64,000 bases of DNA from Kiloniellaceae bacterium (GTDB lineage Bacteria; Pseudomonadota; Alphaproteobacteria; Kiloniellales; Kiloniellaceae): positions 6,315 through 70,314 of the forward strand of contig JBLWUP010000028.1 in assembly GCA_048268885.1 (NCBI GenBank), written 5' to 3'. Position numbers and translations under genes: made by a program. Shown in pieces: positions 37,980-45,127 of the stretch. The number at the start of each line of letters is the position of its first letter. Position 1 is the stretch's first letter. The notes beneath the pieces were generated by a model. That model did not search any database. It saw only the letters and a list, made by a program, of their open reading frames with translations, and was not told the origin of the DNA.

Positions 37980-39065
37980 ATGCGCATTCTTACCTTGATC
38001 CAGGTGGCCGCGGCGGCCTTTCTCTCGCTGGCCTGCCTTCCGGCGACGGCGTCGTCAGCCGCCTCCTATCAGGTCGGCCTTGCCGAACTGCAGCTTGCCG
38101 ATCCGCAGGGCCTGCGCCCGCTTCACGTCCACGTCCTCTATCCGGCCGCGCCGGGCGGCGAGGCCATCCTGCTGCGCGACACCTGGGCGCAACAGGGTCT
38201 CGAAGCGGTGCCGGACGCGCGGCGGGCGGCGGGGCGGTTTCCCCTGGTGCTGATCTCCCATGGCCTCTACGGCCGCTGGACCAACTATGGCTGGCTGGCG
38301 GCGGCGCTGGTGGCCGAGGGCATGATCGTCGCCCTGCCGACCCATCCCGGGACGGCCTGGACCGACAAGGAGTCTCCGGAGACCGCCAAGCTGTGGCGGC
38401 GCCCGCAGGATCTCAGCCGGATCATCGACCACCTGACGGCCGCGCCGGGCTGGCGGGAGGCCGTGGACGCGGACCACATCGCCGCCATCGGCCATTCGCT
38501 GGGCGGCTTCACGGTGATGGCCGCCGCCGGGGCGCGTTTCGACACGGCGCGCTACCGCCGCTATTGCGCGGCCCACCCGCAACGCGGCGACTGCCGCTGG
38601 TACGCCGCCGCGGGTGTCGAGCGTGTCGCGGGCGCTGCCGCGAAGCTGGAAAGCATTGCCGCCGATCCACGCGTCACGGCGGTGGTGTCCTACGACCTCG
38701 GCTTCACCCAGGCCTTCGATCCGGCCAGCGTCGCGGCCATCGACATTCCGGTGCTGGTGATCGGCGCGGGCAACCATCAGGCGGAGCTGCCGGTGGCCGC
38801 GGAGTCCCGCCGCCTCGCCGAGATGCTGCCGCCCGCGACCAGCGACTACCACGAGATCGCGGACATCAGTCACTTCTCCATTTTTCCCCTCTGCAAGCCG
38901 GGCGCCGTCGAGCGCCTGGAAGCGATCGGGGAGGGCGATGAAGTGATCTGCCTGGACGGGCGCGCAGGCGGCCGCGGGCGCGTTGCCCTGCACGCAGAGC
39001 TGCTGAGGCTGGTGAAGGGTTTCCTGCGCGGCGCCGGTTTCGCGCTGGCGGGCAAGGGCGGCTGA
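37980..39065 (+). CDS. Exported alpha/beta hydrolase (dienelactone hydrolase/PAF-AH-like)
   Basis: Signal peptide; LISHG, GHSLGG nucleophile elbow, SHFSIF..CK. Confidence 0.85.
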   Translation: MRILTLIQVAAAAFLSLACLPATASSAASYQVGLAELQLADPQGLRPLHVHVLYPAAPGGEAILLRDTWAQQGLEAVPDARRAAGRFPLVLISHGLYGRWTNYGWLAAALVAEGMIVALPTHPGTAWTDKESPETAKLWRRPQDLSRIIDHLTAAPGWREAVDADHIAAIGHSLGGFTVMAAAGARFDTARYRRYCAAHPQRGDCRWYAAAGVERVAGAAAKLESIAADPRVTAVVSYDLGFTQAFDPASVAAIDIPVLVIGAGNHQAELPVAAESRRLAEMLPPATSDYHEIADISHFSIFPLCKPGAVERLEAIGEGDEVICLDGRAGGRGRVALHAELLRLVKGFLRGAGFALAGKGG

Positions 39066-39196
39066 CGGCGCTCCGGCGCGTCGAGGCGGGCGAAGGCGCC
39101 GGCGTGCCGCGCGAAGCGAAAGAAACATTTTTGCGGCTGCCGCGACATCCGACAGAAACACGGCGGCTCTAGATTTCTCCTCATTGACCTGCCCCG

Positions 39197-39311
39197 TTCC
39201 GGAGGGCTAACCCCATCTCCCAGTCCTCCGGAACAACAGGGATCACCCAGTCCCTGGGTTGGTGGGGCGCCGGTGCCCATCCGGCGTCCCACCGATCATT
39301 TCGCTCCTCCC
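39197..39311 (+). ncRNA. Candidate structured small RNA (or ssDNA hairpin cluster)
   Basis: 12-bp and 13-bp stems, each with one G-U pair on the + strand; C-rich loop; repeated CCCAGTCC; CTCCTCCC anti-SD motif. Confidence 0.4.
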
Positions 39312-39319
39312 TCTTCCTG

Positions 39320-39409
39320 CCGTTAGACGAGGGCTTCCGTTGGACGAGGGCTTCCGTTGGACGAGGCCTTCCGTTAGGCGAGGCTTGCCGTTGCGCGCGG
39401 CCTTCCGTT
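39320..39409. repeat. 17-bp tandem repeat, five units plus a partial sixth
   Basis: ccgttagacgagggctt / ccgttggacgagggctt / ccgttggacgaggcctt / ccgttaggcgaggcttg / ccgttgcgcgcggcctt / ccgtt. Confidence 0.9.
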
Positions 39410-39469
39410 CGGCGGGCCGCCGCTGCGGCCGCGCCCTGCCCATCCTTTCAAGCTGTGGCCCTGAATAAA

Positions 39470-39507
39470 GGGTCAGGTCTTGGAATTTGCATCGAGACTG
39501 CTATGAT
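39470..39507 (+). promoter_or_regulatory. REP-like end motif and probable leaderless promoter of the Y1 gene
   Basis: GGGTCAGGTCTTG overlaps TTGGAA (39480-85); TGcTATGAT extended -10 (39499-507) lies 6 nt before ATG 39514; no SD. Confidence 0.45.
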
Positions 39508-39513
39508 GCGCCC

Positions 39514-40443
39514 ATGGCGCGGCCTCTTCGTCTCGAACTGCCCGGTGCGGTCTACCACCTCACCACCCTCGGCAATGCCGGCCAGCCGGTGTTCCGCGAG
39601 GCGGAGGATTCCGCACTTTTCCTGGAGATCGTCGGCCAGGCTTGCGAGCGCTTCGACTGGCGCTGCCTGGCCTATTGCCTGCTGCCGGACCGCTATCACC
39701 TGGTGGTGGAGACCCGGCGGGCGACGCTGGCGCGCGGCATGCGCCAGATCAACGGGCGCTATACCCAGGCCTTCAACCGCCGCCGGGGCCTCGGCGGCCA
39801 CCTGTTCCAGGGCCGCTACCGGGCGGTCATGGTGGAAAAGCCCGGCTTCGTGGCCGCGGTCTGCAGCGAAACGCTGCGCCGGCCGCTGGAACTGGGCCTG
39901 ACGGGCGACGCCGCTGCCTGGCGCTGGAGCTCTTGCCGCGCCACGCTGGGGCGCCTGCCGCCGGGACGCGCGGCGCCGGACTGGCTGGCGGTGAAAGACG
40001 TGCTGGCGCTCTTCGGGGACGGCCCTGCTGTGGACGGCCCTGAAGTGGATGGCCAGCCCACATCGGATTTGGCCACGGCGCGGCGGCGCTTCGAGGCGGC
40101 GCTGCGGGAGACGGAGGGGCCGTCGGTGTGGGAGAACCTGCGCCACCAGGTCTTCCTCGGGTCCGAGGCCTTTGTCGCCGAGATGCGCGAGCGGGCGCGG
40201 ACGGAAGCGGGCCGGCGCGGCAGTCTGGCGGAAATTCCCAAGGCCCAGTGGCAGGCCCCGCCACCGCCCCTCGAGAGGTTCGCCGCCGAAGCCGCCAGCC
40301 GCGACGAGGCCATGGCCCGGGCCTACTTGAGCGGCGCTTACAGTCAGGGCAGCATCGCCGCGCATTTCGGGGTACACTACAGCACGGTCAGCCGGGCGGT
40401 CCGGCGCTTCGAAAAGAAGCTTGAAGAAGCGGACGCCCCCTGA
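39514..40443 (+). mobile_element. RAYT/IS200-like Y1 HUH transposase homolog with C-terminal HTH, catalytic residues degenerate
   Basis: MARPLRLELPGAVYH, AYCLL, GMRQING.YTQ.FNRR, GHLFQGRY, W.WSS, IAAHFGVHYSTVSR; HUH reads RYH and the catalytic Tyr position reads Glu. Confidence 0.85.
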
Positions 40444-40531
40444 TTTCTATAGTTCCCAGTCGACCGCGTCGCTTTGGTCGTGGCGGCTGACGTCGTGAAC
40501 GCCTAACCGGCCCAGAGGAGGGCTCGCCGTC

Positions 40532-40756
40532 GTGTTGTTGCGAAACCTGCTTGTCTCTGCGGCGCGGCGCATTGCCGCCAATCCCGAGGTCCAGGCAAAA
40601 GCGGCCGAGACCTACGAGACGGCGGTGAAGCCGCGCCTCGCGGTGGCCCGCGACGAGTTCCGCGACCTGGCAGCCGAAGTCGATCCGGTGAAAGATCCGG
40701 TGGCCTTCGCCCGGCGTATCCGCGACCGGATCCGCGACGTCAACAAAGGCGACTGA
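40532..40756 (+). CDS. Small hypothetical protein
   Basis: 74 aa, GGAGGG RBS, GC3-rich codons. Confidence 0.6.
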   Translation: MLLRNLLVSAARRIAANPEVQAKAAETYETAVKPRLAVARDEFRDLAAEVDPVKDPVAFARRIRDRIRDVNKGD

Positions 40757-40884
40757 TCCGGGTCTTCTGTTTCATCCAAGCTTCACGAAACCGCGGTGTG
40801 ACGCCGCGGGCAAGAGGTGGCAGCCTTTTGGGCTTTGCTAACCCTTGGTGCTATACTGAACCATTTGTTTCATGGCGTAGGGGG

Positions 40885-41433
40885 CTGACCATTTCAGCCG
40901 ATTTCACAGAGGCCGAGCGGCAGCGTTTTCACAATCTGCTGCAACTGGCGGCCGAAAGCCCCTTCGAGGGCGAACGCTCGAATGCCTTGGCGGCGGCCGA
41001 ACGGCTGGCCAAGCGCTTTGGGCTGACGCTCGACGAGGCGGCGGCCGGCGGCTCGGCGGAGGAACCGCCGCCCGATGAAGCGCGCGGCGACGCGCATATG
41101 GCCGACGACCTGGGCTTCCGGCCGGAAGGCCTGGACCGTTTCGCGCGCGCCGTCCACCTGATGGACAACTTCATCCTGCAGGACAAGGCGCGGCGGGAAG
41201 CGGCCATGCGTGCGGCACAGTCACGCGGTCTGGATGCGGACGAACTGCGCAAGGCCGTCACCTCCTCCGTGACCCAGGCGCGCAAGACCAAGAGCCGGCG
41301 CATGAATCCCTATCGCCACGCGGCCACCCTGCTGCGTGAGACGTCGCTCTCGTTCGGCGAGATCGCCAATATCACCGGCCTCGATATCTATTCGGTCGTC
41401 GGACTGAAGCTGAAGCTGCGCGCGACGAACTGA
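40885..41433 (+). CDS. DUF2786-like protein with C-terminal HTH-like segment
   Basis: RFHNLLQLAAESPFEGERSNALAAAERL (DUF2786 pattern); LSFGEIANITGLD; start codon uncertain. Confidence 0.6.
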   Translation: MTISADFTEAERQRFHNLLQLAAESPFEGERSNALAAAERLAKRFGLTLDEAAAGGSAEEPPPDEARGDAHMADDLGFRPEGLDRFARAVHLMDNFILQDKARREAAMRAAQSRGLDADELRKAVTSSVTQARKTKSRRMNPYRHAATLLRETSLSFGEIANITGLDIYSVVGLKLKLRATN

Positions 41434-41680
41434 GCCGGCACAGGGCTGTCACAGCTCGCCGGCGTTTATCTAAAATTATTCCTAAAATTCACGTGATCCG
41501 ATGCTGCCCGCCGCAGCGGAAAAGCCCTATTTTTCAGGCCTTTCCGCATCTTTTCTGAGTGTGATTTGCATCAATTTCCGCGCTTCTGTGACAACGCCGG
41601 GGCGACTGCGGGCGGGTAAGATTCGCGAAAGGCTAAAGCGCCCAGACTGTCTCCTGCGAGAGTAAGCGCCGGAAAGGCCG

Positions 41681-41748
41681 GCCGCGAAAGCGGCGGAAAA
41701 GAGAAACGCCGCGAAAGCGGCGGAAAACAAAAGCTCCGCGAAAGCGGC
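41681..41748 (+). repeat. Three GAAA-tetraloop hairpins at 27-nt period
   Basis: GCCGC-GAAA-GCGGC at 41681 and 41708; CCGC-GAAA-GCGG at 41736; A-rich linkers. Confidence 0.8.
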
Positions 41749-41803
41749 AGCAACAAGGCCCGCCCGGCAATGCGATGCGAATGCTTCAGGTGAGGACAAA
41801 GAT

Positions 41804-42283
41804 ATGGGCATGTCAAAGAAGAAGACGCGTTTTAAGCACAAGGGACGTTTCAAGAAGCGTGCCTTGGCCACGGTTGTCGCCATGGCGGCGATCGGCACCT
41901 CGGTCAGTGCGGCGCACTCCCTGGTGGTGCCGATGCTGATCGACGAGACCATCGAAGAACGCGCGGCTGCGGTGTTCACTTATCAGAACCAGGTCTCCGG
42001 CGATCTGGCCCAGACCATCGTCGATGCGGAGAGCCATGACCTGCCGCTGCTCGATGCGCTCTATAGCGTCGAGGAGCAGCTCAATGATGCCTGCGGTCCG
42101 CTGCAGGAGGCCGGCCGCCGCCACATCGAGGGCGAGGGCCTGAGCAGCCTGCTGCAGATTGCCGTCTATGGCGCGATCGACAGCTGCGAGGCGAAGAGCG
42201 AGGAGGTCGCCTACTACGTGCGGATGGCGCGCTCCTACTCCGCCAAGATGACCGGTGGCGCGCAGGCCGCAGTCTGGAACTAA
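41804..42283 (+). CDS. Hypothetical exported protein
   Basis: Very basic N-terminus, hydrophobic signal, helical domain with two Cys. Confidence 0.65.
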   Translation: MGMSKKKTRFKHKGRFKKRALATVVAMAAIGTSVSAAHSLVVPMLIDETIEERAAAVFTYQNQVSGDLAQTIVDAESHDLPLLDALYSVEEQLNDACGPLQEAGRRHIEGEGLSSLLQIAVYGAIDSCEAKSEEVAYYVRMARSYSAKMTGGAQAAVWN

Positions 42284-42514
42284 GGCGGTCTGGAACTGAG
42301 CGCGCCCGCCGCGCGCGGCGCCAGTCGCGCGCGATAAGCGAGCGCACTGGTAAAGCGCCAGGCAAAGTCATACCCTCTGCGGTGCCGTGCGCCCGCCCGG
42401 TGGTTTCCGGGCGGGCGGCGGCCTTGCGCCGTCCCGGTTTCGGGCTATTTAGGACGGACCAGGCCCCGCCGACGGGAGTTCCGCCACGCGGGGGTGGGCT
42501 GGAATGCGGAGGTT

Positions 42515-43060
42515 ATGGAGAAGAACGAAGTCATGCCGCTCGGCGTGGTGATCGAGCGGCGGCGCTCCGATCACCCCTGGAGCGACTACGTCTGGCAGCC
42601 GGTGGCGGTGATCCCCGGCGCGCCGGCGCTCGACTCCCAGGGCCCCTGGACCGAGCTGCGCCACGGCGAGGGCTGGGTGCAATACCATTGCGGCACTCTG
42701 CCGTTGGAGTTGTTTCGCGCGGACACGGAGGGCTACAAGGTCAACCTCTCCCAGCAGCCGCCAAGGATTTTCGTTCTGCTGCGCCGTGAAGACGATCCGG
42801 ACTGCGCGCACGACTATCTGCCTTTCCTGGTGACGGCCAGCCCTTACGAGGCGCAGGATTACCTCGACAGCGGCGAGGAGATCGTCGAAGCCGTGCCGAT
42901 GCCGGACGACATCGTTGCCTTCATCCAGGCTTTCGTCGATACCCACCACGTCGACGAGGTCTTCACCAAGCGCAAGCGCAAGAAGGCCGCGGCCGGCGAC
43001 GAGCTGTTCAGCCGCCGTCCGCCCGTCTCGCTGCCGCCGAAGTCCCGCAGCCGGAATTAA
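42515..43060 (+). CDS. DUF3305 protein (fdh cluster accessory)
   Basis: ATG after GGAGG; W.DY.WQP.AV.P, LELFRADTEGY..NL, VTASPYEAQDY, KRKR. Confidence 0.85.
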   Translation: MEKNEVMPLGVVIERRRSDHPWSDYVWQPVAVIPGAPALDSQGPWTELRHGEGWVQYHCGTLPLELFRADTEGYKVNLSQQPPRIFVLLRREDDPDCAHDYLPFLVTASPYEAQDYLDSGEEIVEAVPMPDDIVAFIQAFVDTHHVDEVFTKRKRKKAAAGDELFSRRPPVSLPPKSRSRN

Positions 43061-43078
43061 GGATTAGCCGAGGACCGC

Positions 43079-43822
43079 ATGGCATCAAGGGACCGCGACG
43101 ACGAAAAGAGCTTCCTGTCCCGCTGGTCGCAGCGCAAGCGGGCGGCGGAGGCCGAAGCGCCGCAGGAGGGCGAGGCGCTGCGCGACGAGAGCGCCGCGCC
43201 GGCGGCGCGGCTGGCCGCCATCGATCCGGCCGCCGCCGATCCGGCGCAAGAGGATCTTGCCGAAGCTGAGGAGGCCAGGATCGACCCGGCGGAGTTGCCG
43301 GACATCGACAGCCTGGACGCCAGTTCCGACTTCACCCCTTTCCTGAAGGAAGGCGTCCCCGACGCCCTGCGCCGCCGCGCGCTGCGCAAGCTGTGGCGCC
43401 TCGATCCGGTCTTCGGGCATCTCGACGGCCTCAACGACTACGACCTCGACTACACCAACGCCGCCACCGTCGTCGAAGGCATGAAGACCATCTACCAGGT
43501 CGGCAAGGGCATGGTGCTGCCGGAGGACGAAGAAGCCGAGAAGGCGGCCCTGGAAGAAGAGGGGCGGGCGGAGGCTGCGCCAGAGGCGGAGGCCGAGGCC
43601 GAAGCCGCCGGTGAGGACGGCGAGACGGCGGCGGAGGAGGAGACCGCCCGTCTTGAGGCGGCTTCCGACGACGCCCTGCCGCCGGCGTCTCCGGCGCCCC
43701 GGGTGAAGGCGCGGAATCCGGGGGATCCCCTGGTGTCGGCCGCGTCGACTCGGCGCAGCGGCGTCTCCCGGGCGCCGCAGCGGTCGGCCCTGCAGCGCCG
43801 CTGGGGTGATCCCGAGCGGTAG
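43079..43822 (+). CDS. DUF3306 protein (fdh cluster accessory)
   Basis: FLSRWSQRK, LPDIDSL..SDF..FL, RRALRKLW, DGLNDYD.DY. Confidence 0.88.
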   Translation: MASRDRDDEKSFLSRWSQRKRAAEAEAPQEGEALRDESAAPAARLAAIDPAAADPAQEDLAEAEEARIDPAELPDIDSLDASSDFTPFLKEGVPDALRRRALRKLWRLDPVFGHLDGLNDYDLDYTNAATVVEGMKTIYQVGKGMVLPEDEEAEKAALEEEGRAEAAPEAEAEAEAAGEDGETAAEEETARLEAASDDALPPASPAPRVKARNPGDPLVSAASTRRSGVSRAPQRSALQRRWGDPER

Positions 43823-44121
43823 CTACTCCTACTGGTTGTATTGCCCGCGCCGCGAGCCGTTGGAATCCGCCAAGAGGCCTGAAAAAATAACCACTTTTCG
43901 TGTCTCGCGAGTTGTGCGCTGCAACATGCGATTTAGTTGACAGTCGCGGCGCAAAGGGGGTCTAATTCGAAAGGTTCTAAGAAAAAACCCTGGGAAAATC
44001 AGGGATATAGAGCCTACAGGGCCGGTTTCGCGAAGCTTTGGAAGTACTGATCGGTACTCAGTTTCGCGACAAGAAGACGGGCCCCTGGCTGAAGGTTGGG
44101 AGAGTGTCGCGCTTGGGTAGT

Positions 44122-44718
44122 ATGGCGGCGCAAGTTCAGATATCCGAGGAAGACCAGTTGCGTGCCGGGTGGTACGCATTGCTGGCGCAACTGCTGTCGC
44201 GAGAGCCGAGCGAGCAGCTGCTGCAGATGCTGCGTGGCCTGGAAGGCGACGAGTCCGAACTGGGCGAGGGCATCAAGGCGCTGGCCGCGGCGGCACGCGG
44301 GACCAGCATCGAGACGGCGAAGCAGGAATACTTCGACCTCTTCGTGGGCATGGGCCAGGGCGAGCTGCTGCCCTATGCGTCCTACTATCTCACCGGTTTT
44401 CTGCACGAGAAGCCGCTGGCGCGCCTGCGCGGCGACATGGCCAGGCTGCAGATCGCACGGGCCGACGACGTGGTCGAGCCCGAAGACCACATCGCCTCGC
44501 TCTGCGAGATGATGGCCGGCCTGATCACCGGCAGCTTTGGCGAGCCCGCGGATCTGGCGGCGCAGCGTGAATTTTTCGACACCCATATCGGCTGCTGGGC
44601 GCCGCGGTTCTTCGAGGACCTGCAGGCGGCCCAGTCGGCTGTGCTCTACATGCCTGTGGGCACCATCGGACGCCTCTTCCTGGCGATCGAGACCCAGGCC
44701 TTTGACATGGCGGCCTAG
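44122..44718 (+). CDS. TorD/DmsD-family molybdoenzyme chaperone
   Basis: EYFDLFVG, PYASYYLTGFLHEKPL, EPEDHIA.LCEMM, FF..HI..W. Confidence 0.9.
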   Translation: MAAQVQISEEDQLRAGWYALLAQLLSREPSEQLLQMLRGLEGDESELGEGIKALAAAARGTSIETAKQEYFDLFVGMGQGELLPYASYYLTGFLHEKPLARLRGDMARLQIARADDVVEPEDHIASLCEMMAGLITGSFGEPADLAAQREFFDTHIGCWAPRFFEDLQAAQSAVLYMPVGTIGRLFLAIETQAFDMAA

Positions 44719-44845
44719 CGTCATCGGCTTCTCGCCCGGCTTGCCGGACGCGGGGACGGAATTCGGGGTTCGCGGCGGTCTTCTAGGTCCAATCGCCGCA
44801 GTTAGTGAAGTTACCAAGGTCACCACGACAAAGGAGGGTGGACCG

Positions 44846-45040
44846 TTGAGCAAAAAAGAAGAGATCAATGCGGGTCGCCGCGACTTCTTCAAGAAGGCCG
44901 GCTTAGGCGCCGGTGCGGCCGCGATTACCGTGACAGCCTCGCAAGCGGGTGCTGTCGAAGCGGTTTCGCCGCCGTCGAAGGGGTCCGGCTACTCGGAAAC
45001 CGACCACGTGCGGAAATACTACGAGCTGGCCCGTTTCTAG
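44846..45040 (+). CDS. Small Tat-signal protein of formate dehydrogenase clusters
   Basis: TTG after AAGGAGG; RRDFFK twin-arginine; C-terminal GYSETDHVRKYYELARF. Confidence 0.85.
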   Translation: MSKKEEINAGRRDFFKKAGLGAGAAAITVTASQAGAVEAVSPPSKGSGYSETDHVRKYYELARF

Positions 45041-45127
45041 GCCGGCCCGGCATTAGTGCTTTGTGGGCCATGAGGAGTTTTCCGAAACGGGCCCTTCCGT
45101 ACCAACTCACTCTTTAGGGAGAGGTCA

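Noticed and set aside
41700-41745. c-di-GMP-I riboswitch
   Set aside because: Similar layout only; lacks the GGCAAAC and GACGCAAAGC cores and the tetraloop-receptor stem
39320-41748. CRISPR interpretation of the 17-bp and 27-nt arrays
   Set aside because: No unique spacers of suitable length, repeats too short, no cas genes
41527-41979. Minus-strand ORF with FSAAFAA repeats
   Set aside because: T-rich atypical codons; overlaps the real gene at 41804; explained by the hairpin array
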